64,000 nucleotides of DNA from Bordetella parapertussis (GTDB lineage Bacteria; Pseudomonadota; Gammaproteobacteria; Burkholderiales; SG8-39), in contig CAMAXP010000004.1 in NCBI GenBank assembly GCA_945862265.1, positions 36,118-100,117 on the forward strand. The letters run 5' to 3'. A program made the position numbers and the translations under genes. Shown in pieces: positions 45,302 to 53,113 of the stretch. The notes below the pieces were generated by a model, which worked only from the letters and a program-made list of their open reading frames with translations, was not told where the DNA came from and searched no databases. Position 1 is the stretch's first letter. Each line of letters opens with the position of its first letter.

Positions 45302-47389
45302 TCAGGGGACGGTGCGTTCCAGCAGCGCGTCGACGATCACGGTGTCCTTGTCGGTCGCGCCGACCATCACCGGGTTGAGGTCGAACGAGGCGATCCTGCC
45401 GTGCGCGCCGTGGACCAGCGCCCCGAGGCGCACCGCGAGCTTTGCAAGCGCGCCCAGGGCCAGCGGCGGCTCGCCGCGCACGCCAGCATAGAGCGGGGCG
45501 ATGCGCAGGGTGCCGAGGCGCTCCATCACGTCGTCCTCGGTGAACGGGTAGCGCAGCAGCACGATGTCGGGCAGCGCCTCGACGTACTTGCCCCCGTCGC
45601 CGAGCATCACGAGCGTGCCGAACTTCGGGTCGACGCGTGCGCCTACGACGAATTCGTGCAGCGCAGGACGCATTGCCGCAACGATCACGGCGCCGTCGGC
45701 GACCTTCATCGAGGCGAGTTTGCCTTCGATCTCCTCGAAGGCGGCCGCGGTGTCCGCGGCGGTCTTGCGATTGAGCAGTACGAGGCCATGCTCGGATTTG
45801 TGCGGGATCTCGGCCGAGCAGGCCTTCACTGCCACGGGTGCGCCGAGCGCCTCGAACGCGGCGACGGCCTCCTTGCCGGTGCGGCAGAGGCGGAACGGCA
45901 CGGCCGGACAGCCGTACTCGGCGAGCAGCGTGAGGCTGTCGGCTTCCGAAAGGTAGCGGCCTGCGGTCTTGGGCAGGGCCACCTCGGGGAACGGCAGCGG
46001 TACCGCCTGCGGCCGGCGCATGAGTTCCTTGTGGTCGACGAACTGCGCGAGCGCGGACAGCGCGTCGATGTCGTGGGCGAACGCCACGAGGCCCGCGGCG
46101 CGGAACGCATCCACAGTGGTTTCCAGCGGCGCGGCGAGCGCGAGCGGGTTGCCGGTCTGGGCGACGTAAGCCGCGCAGTCGCGCACGAAGCGCGGCACGT
46201 CATAGCCGATGCCGGACGCCGCGAGGTTGACGAACACCGCGTCCGTGGCGTCGCGCTTGGCCAGCACGGGCAGCAGGTCGCTGAACATGCCGCTGTTCGA
46301 CAGCAGCGCCGCGGTGAGGTCGATGGGGTTGCCGGACGCGCCGAACTCGGGCAGCACCGCGCGCAGCTCGGCGCGTGTCGCGTCATCGAACTGTGCGAGC
46401 GTGAGGCCGTGCTTTTCAGCCGCATCGGCGGCCATCACGCAGGAGGCCCCGGAGTTGCTGACCGCAACGAGGCGGCGCCCGCGCGGGTTCCATCCCTTGA
46501 GGTAAAGGTCTGCCGCGTTCACGAGGCTGCGGATGTCGGCGACACGATAAATACCGTGCTGGCGGAAGTACGCGTCGACCACGCGGTCTTCGGTCGCGAG
46601 CGCACCCGTATGCGAGCTGGCCGCCGCTGCGCCGCGTGCCGACACGCCTGCCTTGACCGCAATGATGGGCAGGCCCCGCTCACGCGCGACCTGCGCTGCG
46701 CGGGCGAGCTTGTCCGGGTCGGCGATCGCCTCGAGGTAAAGGAGCAGCAGCTTCACTTCCGGGTCGAGCGCCACGGCCAGCGCAAAGTCCGCCACCGTCA
46801 GGTCGGACTCGTTGCCGGTCGCGTGCGCATGGCGCACGCCGATGCCCTGCTTCCTCAGGAAGGCATAGGGCACCACGCTCATCGCGCCGGACTGGCTGAC
46901 GATGCCTACCGGCCCATCGGCGGGCTCGACCTCGCTGATGATGGTCGAGAACGTCGCGATCGCGCCGGTGGCGAAGTTGGCGATGCCCTGGGTGTTCGGC
47001 CCGACGATGCGCATGCCGGCGGCGTGCGCGATGCGCACCATCTCCGCCTGTGCGGCCTTGCCTTCCTCGTCGATCTCGCCGAAGCCGGAGGTGACGACCA
47101 CCGCGATCTTGACGCCGCGCGCGGCGCAGGCTTTGACGCCGTCGAGCGCGCCCTTGCCTGCGACCGCAACGATCGCGAGGTCCGGCGCCTCGGGCAGCGA
47201 GGCGATGTCCGCATAGGCCTTCTGCCCCTGGATTTCCGTGCGATTGGGGTTGATCGGGTAGAGCCGCCCCTTGTACCCGGCGCGCAGCATGTATTTGATC
47301 GGCCGGCCGCCGATCTTCTCCGGGTTGTCGGAGGCGCCGAGGATCGCAATCGACTGGGGCGCGAGGGCCGCGGAGAGTGGGTCGTCCAT
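45302..47389 (-). CDS. ADP-forming acyl-CoA synthetase (acetate--CoA ligase family; CoA-binding + ATP-grasp)
   Basis: PQSIAILGASDNPEKIGGRPIKYML...YPINP CoA-binding N-terminus. 695 aa fused alpha/beta architecture. Confidence 0.8.
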   Translation of the reverse strand: MDDPLSAALAPQSIAILGASDNPEKIGGRPIKYMLRAGYKGRLYPINPNRTEIQGQKAYADIASLPEAPDLAIVAVAGKGALDGVKACAARGVKIAVVVTSGFGEIDEEGKAAQAEMVRIAHAAGMRIVGPNTQGIANFATGAIATFSTIISEVEPADGPVGIVSQSGAMSVVPYAFLRKQGIGVRHAHATGNESDLTVADFALAVALDPEVKLLLLYLEAIADPDKLARAAQVARERGLPIIAVKAGVSARGAAAASSHTGALATEDRVVDAYFRQHGIYRVADIRSLVNAADLYLKGWNPRGRRLVAVSNSGASCVMAADAAEKHGLTLAQFDDATRAELRAVLPEFGASGNPIDLTAALLSNSGMFSDLLPVLAKRDATDAVFVNLAASGIGYDVPRFVRDCAAYVAQTGNPLALAAPLETTVDAFRAAGLVAFAHDIDALSALAQFVDHKELMRRPQAVPLPFPEVALPKTAGRYLSEADSLTLLAEYGCPAVPFRLCRTGKEAVAAFEALGAPVAVKACSAEIPHKSEHGLVLLNRKTAADTAAAFEEIEGKLASMKVADGAVIVAAMRPALHEFVVGARVDPKFGTLVMLGDGGKYVEALPDIVLLRYPFTEDDVMERLGTLRIAPLYAGVRGEPPLALGALAKLAVRLGALVHGAHGRIASFDLNPVMVGATDKDTVIVDALLERTVP

Positions 47390-48385
47390 CTAGTCGGCCT
47401 TGGCGCCGGAGGCGACCACGACCTTGCGCCACTTCTGCGACTCGGCGGCGATGAAGGCGGCAAAGCCTTCCGGCGAGTCAGTAGCCATGGCGAGTCCCAG
47501 CGCTTCGAGCTTCTGCGCGTTCTGCGGGTCGCGCAGCGCCTTCACGAATTCCATGTTCAGGCGGTCGACGACGGCCTTGGGCGTGCCGGCCGGGGCGGCG
47601 ACCCCGAACCACGCGGTGGCCTCGTAGCCGGGCACGCCGGCCTCTTCCATGGTCGGGATCTCCGGCGCGAGGGAATTCCTCTTTGCGCTGGTGACCGCGA
47701 GGCCCTTGAGCTGGCCGTTCTTCGCGCGCGGCAGCGCGGTGGGCAGGTTGTCGAACATCATCTGCACGGTGCCGGCGAGCAGGTCCTGCAGGGCCGGCGC
47801 GCTGCCCTTGTAGGCGATGTGGGTGGCCTGCACCTGCACCGCCATCTTGAACATCTCGCCGCACAGGTGGCCGGTGGAGCCGGAGCCCATCGAGGCGAAG
47901 TTTATGGTATTGGGCTTCGCCTTGGCGAGGGCCACCAGGTCCTTGACGCTCGACACCGGCACCGAAGGATGGACGAGCAGCATGTTGGGCACCGAGCCGG
48001 TGTTCACCACCGGCACGAGATCCTTGTCCGGATCAAACCCTGACTCCTTCGCCATCCACTTGTTGATTGCGAACACGCCGACCGAAGCGATCATCAGCGT
48101 GTGGCCGTCGGGCTTGGCCTTGGCGACGTACGCGGCCCCGAGGTTGCCTCCCGCCCCGGGCCTGTTCTCGATGACCACAGCCTGCCCGAGCGCCTCCGTG
48201 AGCTTAGGCGTGAGGGTGCGCACGATGATGTCGTTGGTGCCGCCCGGCAGGTAGGGCACGACCACCGTGATCGGGCGGGACGGGAAGGCCTGCGCCTGCG
48301 CGAGGACGGGTGCCGCGAGCAGCGCGGGCAGCAAGGCGAACATCAGACCCCTGGAACGAACGAACCCTGCGCGAACCGAACCCAT
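47390..48385 (-). CDS. Bug/TctC-family substrate-binding protein
   Basis: Signal peptide, then FPSRPITVVVPYLPGGTND. Confidence 0.85.
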   Translation of the reverse strand: MGSVRAGFVRSRGLMFALLPALLAAPVLAQAQAFPSRPITVVVPYLPGGTNDIIVRTLTPKLTEALGQAVVIENRPGAGGNLGAAYVAKAKPDGHTLMIASVGVFAINKWMAKESGFDPDKDLVPVVNTGSVPNMLLVHPSVPVSSVKDLVALAKAKPNTINFASMGSGSTGHLCGEMFKMAVQVQATHIAYKGSAPALQDLLAGTVQMMFDNLPTALPRAKNGQLKGLAVTSAKRNSLAPEIPTMEEAGVPGYEATAWFGVAAPAGTPKAVVDRLNMEFVKALRDPQNAQKLEALGLAMATDSPEGFAAFIAAESQKWRKVVVASGAKAD

Positions 48386-48424
48386 GGCGTTTCCCTCTTT
48401 GGTTGTTTTGGAACCTGCGGTGCC

Positions 48425-50164
48425 TCAGCTCGTCCTGGCGTAACTGACCTCGGTGCAGACGTTGAGGACGGCCTGGCGCTTTTCATTCTTCACGGCGTTC
48501 AGCGCGCGCTTCAGCGCGGGCAGCATTTCGTTCGGGTCCTCGACGCGTTCGCCGTAGCCGCCGCTCGCGCGGACGATTTCCTCGAAGCGCGGCGAGGGCT
48601 CGAGCACCGAGAACGGCGGCTTGTCGGCGCCGGCCGCGTGGCCCTTGGGGTACATGCCGAGCGTGGCGCGATGCACCGCGCCCCAGCGCGCGTTGTTGTT
48701 GATCACGTAGAGCACCGGCAGGCCGTGCGCCTCGCCGATGAAGTGCGCGGGGGTGGGGTTGCCGAACATGTAGGCCCCGTCGCCGATCGCGCAGATCACG
48801 GTGGCGTCGGGCCGGCCGAGCTTGGCGCCGAGCGCCGCGCCCATGCCCCAGCCGAGGCCCCCCGAGGGCGGGTGCGAGAAGTAGCGTCCCGGCTGGTCGA
48901 TCGTGAGTTCCTCCAGCACCAGCGGATATTCGTTGACGAGGATCGTGTTCTCGTCGGCGACCTGGTTGATGCAGTGGGTCATCCATTTGGTGGTGATCGC
49001 GCCGGAGGTCTGCTTCGCCCCCGCGCCCATGCGCATGCGCAACCGGAAGTCGGCCGATTGCTGCGAGATGGCTGCGCGGCGTGCGGCGATCTTGGTCGCC
49101 GAGCCTGCATGCGCCTCGGTGCGCTCTGCGAGTTTTGCGAGCGTCGGCGCCAGGCTGCCGGCCAGCGCGATGTCGGTGCGGAAGCCCCGGATCGGGTAGC
49201 GCGCAAACAACGGGTCGGTGCCCAGGTGGACGATCTTGCACTCGGGGTTGATCTTGGCGGTGTCCGGGATCCACGGCACGTCGCTGTCGACGACCAGGAT
49301 GAGATCGGCATCGGGAATCATGCCGTGCGGGTCGTAGCCGCAGTTCATCGGGTGTTCCGTGGGCAGCGCGAGGTAGCGCGGCCGGTACTGGATCACTGGG
49401 ATCGCGAAAGTCTCCGCCAGCTGCGTCAGCGCCTGCGCCGATTCCGCCGTGCGCCCGCCGTTGGAGGTGATGATCAGCGGGTTCTTCGCGGCGCCGAGGA
49501 GCTTGGCGACTTCTTCCAGCGTGTCGGGGTCCGCCGCGGGCGGGCTCATCGGCGCGATGGTGGTGCGCTTGCTGATCTGCTTGCCTCCCAGTCCGGAGGC
49601 AAGCACTTCGCGCGGCAGCGTGAGGTACACGGGGCCGCACGGCTCGCTCTTGGCGATGGCGAGGGCCCGGTCGACGACCGTCTCCACCTGCGAGGCGTCG
49701 CGCAGTTCGTAGTCCCACTTCACGAACTCGCGCAGCATGCCGGCCTGGTCGAACTGTTCCTGCGCCCAGTTGATGTAGTTGTTGCGCGAGCCGAGCTGCC
49801 CGCCTTCGGTCAGCGGCGTGCGGCCGGCGGTGAAGAGGATCGGGATGTTCTGCCGCGCGGCGTTGAAGATGCCGTTGATCGAGTTCGCGGTGCCCAGGCC
49901 CACGTGGACCATCATGGCCTGCGGGCGGCCGGTCACCATGTAGTAGCCGTGCGCCATCGCTACGCCCACGTTCTCGTGCGGGACGATGATCGGCTCCGGC
50001 ATCTTCCAGCCCAGCGCCTGGCCCTTGGCCAGCGCCTCGACCAGTGGCGGGAAGTCCGTCCCCGAGTTGCCGAACAGGTAATCGACGTCGCGGGAGGCGA
50101 GCAGGGCCAGGTAGGCTTCTGCTACGGTTTCCGGCTTGCATTCAACAGGTTGTCCGATTGCCAT
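48425..50164 (-). CDS. thiamine pyrophosphate-dependent enzyme (acetolactate synthase large subunit-like)
   Basis: 579 aa with a three-domain TPP enzyme pattern. It has the GDGAYMF TPP-binding motif and a GAGGAG RBS. Confidence 0.85.
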   Translation of the reverse strand: MAIGQPVECKPETVAEAYLALLASRDVDYLFGNSGTDFPPLVEALAKGQALGWKMPEPIIVPHENVGVAMAHGYYMVTGRPQAMMVHVGLGTANSINGIFNAARQNIPILFTAGRTPLTEGGQLGSRNNYINWAQEQFDQAGMLREFVKWDYELRDASQVETVVDRALAIAKSEPCGPVYLTLPREVLASGLGGKQISKRTTIAPMSPPAADPDTLEEVAKLLGAAKNPLIITSNGGRTAESAQALTQLAETFAIPVIQYRPRYLALPTEHPMNCGYDPHGMIPDADLILVVDSDVPWIPDTAKINPECKIVHLGTDPLFARYPIRGFRTDIALAGSLAPTLAKLAERTEAHAGSATKIAARRAAISQQSADFRLRMRMGAGAKQTSGAITTKWMTHCINQVADENTILVNEYPLVLEELTIDQPGRYFSHPPSGGLGWGMGAALGAKLGRPDATVICAIGDGAYMFGNPTPAHFIGEAHGLPVLYVINNNARWGAVHRATLGMYPKGHAAGADKPPFSVLEPSPRFEEIVRASGGYGERVEDPNEMLPALKRALNAVKNEKRQAVLNVCTEVSYARTS

Positions 50165-50192
50165 GGGGGCTCCTCAGGATTCGGCGGCAGCT

Positions 50193-50220
50193 AAAAGTTC
50201 TTGCTGAGAACAGAAGTTTT
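50193..50220. promoter_or_regulatory. imperfect inverted repeat AAAAGTTCT-N10-AGAAGTTTT (with nested GTTCT-N5-AGAAC)
   Basis: An AT-rich dyad that pairs at 8 of 9 positions. It lies ~30-55 nt upstream of the TPP enzyme start codon. Confidence 0.3.
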
Positions 50221-50295
50221 TCTAATGAACCCATCCTACGCCAGAGGCGTGGGTCGTCAAGCCAGTGTTCCGCAATCCTTGTGCGCAATGCAGGT

Positions 50296-50323
50296 TTGTC
50301 AAAATAAATTTGTCATGTAAAAT
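50296..50323 (+). promoter_or_regulatory. sigma70-type promoter TTGTCA-N16-TAAAAT
   Basis: The -35 hexamer is at 50296-50301 and the -10 hexamer at 50318-50323. The -10 ends 8 nt before the ATG at 50332 and there is no RBS, which implies a leaderless transcript. A TTTGTCA direct repeat sits at 50295 and 50309. Confidence 0.5.
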
Positions 50324-50331
50324 CCTGCTCC

Positions 50332-50589
50332 ATGAACTGCGCGGAACGACTTGTGGAAATCTTCGGGAGCCAGGCGGATGTCGCCCGGGCCCTGCACCTC
50401 GACCGCGCTGTGGTCAATAACTGGGTCAAGACCGGCTATGTGCCCGCACGCTGGGCCATGGAAGTCGAGCAACTCACCGGCGGCCAGGTCCTTGCCGTCG
50501 ATGTGCTCAACGACGCAGCCGCCAGGAAACCCGTACGAGTGAAGTCCCGGCCCGACGATTTCGTCGGTGCCATCCATGGGAGTGAGGCC
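50332..50589 (+). other. Cro/YdaS-like HTH coding segment with no stop codon, in frame with the downstream aminotransferase
   Basis: MNCAERLVEIFGSQADVARALHLDRAVVNNWVKTGYVPARWAMEVEQLTGGQV matches the YdaS/Cro pattern (GGQSAMARLLGVSPPSVNQWIKG...P...C..IE..T.G.V). Confidence 0.6.
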
Positions 50590-51828
50590 ATGAACAAGTT
50601 TGCCCCCGCGAAGCGCATCCAGTCCTTCCACCCGCCGCAGCGCATCCTGATGGGCCCCGGCCCGACGGAGATCCACCCGCGCGTGCTGACCACAATGAGC
50701 CAGCCGGCCATCGGCTACCTCGACCCCGTCTTCGTCGAGATGATGGAAGAGCTGAAGTCCTTGCTCCGCTACGCCTACCAGACCAAGAACGCGCTGACCT
50801 TCCCGGTGTCCGGTCCCGGCTCGGTGGGCATGGAGTACTGCTTCGTGAACATGGTGGCGCCCGGTGCCAAGGTGATCGTCTGCCGCAACGGCGTGTTCGG
50901 CGGCCGCATGATCGAGAACGTCGAGCGCGCGGGCGGCGTGGCCGTTGTCGTCGAGGACACCTGGGGCGAGCCGGTCACGCCGCAAAAGCTCGAGGACGCA
51001 CTGAAGGCCAACCGCGACGCGAAGATCGTCGCCTTTGTGCATGCCGAGACCTCCACGGGGGTGCAGTCCGATGCGAAGACCCTGGTCGAGATCGCGCACA
51101 AGTACGACGCGCTGACCATCGTCGATGCGGTCACCTCATTGGGTGGAACGCCGGTGCTGGTCGACGAGTGGGGCATCGACGCGATCTACTCCGCGAGCCA
51201 GAAGTGCCTGTCGTGCACGCCTGGCCTGTCGCCCGTGTCGTTCAACGAGCGCGTGGTCGAGCACGTGAAGGCGCGCAAGGACAAGATCCACAGCTGGTTC
51301 ATGGACATGAACCTCTTGCTCGGTTACTGGGGCGCGACGACGCGCACCTACCACCACACCGCGCCGACCAACTCGCTGTTCGCACTGCACGAGGCGTTGC
51401 TCCTGATCCGCGAGGAAGGCCTGGAGAACGCCTGGGCCCGCGCGCATCGGCACCACCTGGCGCTGAAGGCCGGGCTGGAGGCGATGGGCATGAAGTTCCT
51501 CGTGAAGGAGCAATTCCAGCTGCCGCAGATGAACGCGGCGCTGTGCCCCGAGGGCGTGAACGAAGCCGAAGTCCGCAAGCGCCTCTTGAACGAGTTCAAC
51601 CTCGAGATCGGTGCGGGCCTCGGGCCCCTCGCCGGCAAGATCTGGCGCTTCGGCCTGATGGGCTACTCGTGCCGCCCGGAAAACGTCATGGTCTGCCTGT
51701 CGGCGCTGGGTTCCGTGCTCGAGGACATGGGCATGCCCGTGCACGTGGGCGAGGCGGAATCGGCCGCGCACGGCGCGTACGCGCAGATGCACGTCAAGGA
51801 CGCGCAGAGAAAGAAGAAGGCCGCCTGA
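50590..51828 (+). CDS. class V aminotransferase (serine/alanine--glyoxylate aminotransferase-like)
   Basis: The ATG at 50590 is preceded by a GGGAG RBS. MNKFAPAKRIQSFHPPQRILMGPGPTEIHPRVL...SASQKCL contains the PLP lysine context. The full open frame extends back to 50332. Confidence 0.85.
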   Translation: MNKFAPAKRIQSFHPPQRILMGPGPTEIHPRVLTTMSQPAIGYLDPVFVEMMEELKSLLRYAYQTKNALTFPVSGPGSVGMEYCFVNMVAPGAKVIVCRNGVFGGRMIENVERAGGVAVVVEDTWGEPVTPQKLEDALKANRDAKIVAFVHAETSTGVQSDAKTLVEIAHKYDALTIVDAVTSLGGTPVLVDEWGIDAIYSASQKCLSCTPGLSPVSFNERVVEHVKARKDKIHSWFMDMNLLLGYWGATTRTYHHTAPTNSLFALHEALLLIREEGLENAWARAHRHHLALKAGLEAMGMKFLVKEQFQLPQMNAALCPEGVNEAEVRKRLLNEFNLEIGAGLGPLAGKIWRFGLMGYSCRPENVMVCLSALGSVLEDMGMPVHVGEAESAAHGAYAQMHVKDAQRKKKAA

Positions 51829-51873
51829 GGAGACCGGGGGGCGGAGCGCTACCCGTTGACCAGCCGCTAAGGC

Positions 51874-52806
51874 ATGGATCCAGTCGTCCTGTTCTTCCTG
51901 TTGGGCGTGTTCGCGAAGCTCGCGAAGTCCGACCTCCGCCTGCCCGAGGCGCTGTACGAAACGCTATCCATCTTCCTGCTGCTCGCGATCGGGCTGAAGG
52001 GTGGGGTCGAACTCGCGAAAGTGCCGTTCGCCGACGTTGCGGTGCAGGCCAGTGCGGTGGTGGTGATGGGGTTCCTGCTCCCGCTGCCGGCGTTCGCGAT
52101 ACTCAGGGGCCTGGGCCGCCTGCCCCGGCCCGACGCCGCCTCGATCGCAGCGCACTATGGTTCGGTGAGCGTGGTGACCTTCGCGGTGGCTACGGCGTAT
52201 CTCGCGAAGAACAACATCGAGTTCGAAGCGCATATGCCGCTGTTCGTCGCGCTCCTCGAAACCCCTGCCATCGTCACCGGCATCCTGCTTGCGCGCCTGG
52301 GCACGCTGCAGGCGGTGCGCTGGGGAGCTGTCCTGCACGAGGTCATGTTCGGCAAGACCCTGGTGCTGCTGCTCGGCGGCCTGGCGATCGGCGCGGCCGT
52401 CGGGCCGGAAGGGATTGCGCCCATCAAGCCGTTGTTCATCGACCTCTTCAAGGGCGTGCTCGCGGTGTTCCTGCTCGAGATGGGGTTGGTCGCGGGTGGC
52501 CGCCTCGGCGACCTGCGCCGGGCCGGGCTCTTCCTGGCGGTCTTCGGGGTCGTCGTTCCGCTTTGCTTCGCTTGCGTAGGCGCGTTGGTCGCGCGTGCCG
52601 TGGGACTGTCCGACGGCGGGACCGCGCTGCTGGCGACCATGGCGGCAAGCGCCTCCTACATTGCGGCGCCGACGGCGATGCGCATCGCCGTCCCTGAAGC
52701 CAACCCGGCGCTGTCGATCGGCGTGGCGCTCGGCATCACATTCCCGTTCAATATCACGCTGGGCATCCCGCTCTACCTGCGGCTTGCCGAATCGCTGAGG
52801 TTCTAG
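51874..52806 (+). CDS. sbtA: SbtA-like sodium-dependent bicarbonate transport family permease
   Basis: 310 aa polytopic protein. MDPVVLFFLLGVFAKLAKSDLRLPEALYETLSIFLLLAIGLKGG is typical of the family. Followed by an SbtB-like gene. Confidence 0.7.
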   Translation: MDPVVLFFLLGVFAKLAKSDLRLPEALYETLSIFLLLAIGLKGGVELAKVPFADVAVQASAVVVMGFLLPLPAFAILRGLGRLPRPDAASIAAHYGSVSVVTFAVATAYLAKNNIEFEAHMPLFVALLETPAIVTGILLARLGTLQAVRWGAVLHEVMFGKTLVLLLGGLAIGAAVGPEGIAPIKPLFIDLFKGVLAVFLLEMGLVAGGRLGDLRRAGLFLAVFGVVVPLCFACVGALVARAVGLSDGGTALLATMAASASYIAAPTAMRIAVPEANPALSIGVALGITFPFNITLGIPLYLRLAESLRF

Positions 52807-52807
52807 G

Positions 52808-53110
52808 ATGCAAACCCACTCGAGGAAGCTGCTGGTGGTGATCTGCGAGGCGGCGCTGGAAAAGCTGCTCGCCGAAGACGCGCGTCGGCTGGGCGCGGCT
52901 GGCTATACGGTCGTGGATGTCCGGGGCAGCGGTCGCGGCGGCACGCGCGAAGGCTCGTGGGAGGCCGACCGGTCGATCGAGATGAAGGTGATCTGCGAGG
53001 TCGGCGTGGCTGAGCGCCTCGCGGCGCACGTGCTTGAAACCTACGGCCCGCACTACTCGGTGACGCTGTACTTCGCTGACGTCAGCGTGGTGCGCCCGGA
53101 GAAGTTCTAA
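52808..53110 (+). CDS. sbtB: SbtB-like PII-superfamily protein
   Basis: RKLLVVICEAALEKLLAEDARRLGAAGYTVVDVRGSGRGG...IEMKVICEVGVAERLAAHVLETY aligns in pattern with cyanobacterial SbtB ([38 protein letters not shown]...IEANIKFEIL). Confidence 0.7.
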   Translation: MQTHSRKLLVVICEAALEKLLAEDARRLGAAGYTVVDVRGSGRGGTREGSWEADRSIEMKVICEVGVAERLAAHVLETYGPHYSVTLYFADVSVVRPEKF

Positions 53111-53113
53111 GGG

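Noticed and set aside
39065-50194. Long plus-strand ORFs (39065..41389, 45056..48043, 48101..50194 and others) opposite the catabolic array
   Set aside because: All are antisense to genes with clear family signatures (HyuB, ADP-forming acyl-CoA synthetase, Bug, TPP enzyme). Their translations are low-complexity R/A/G/V-rich with no motifs.
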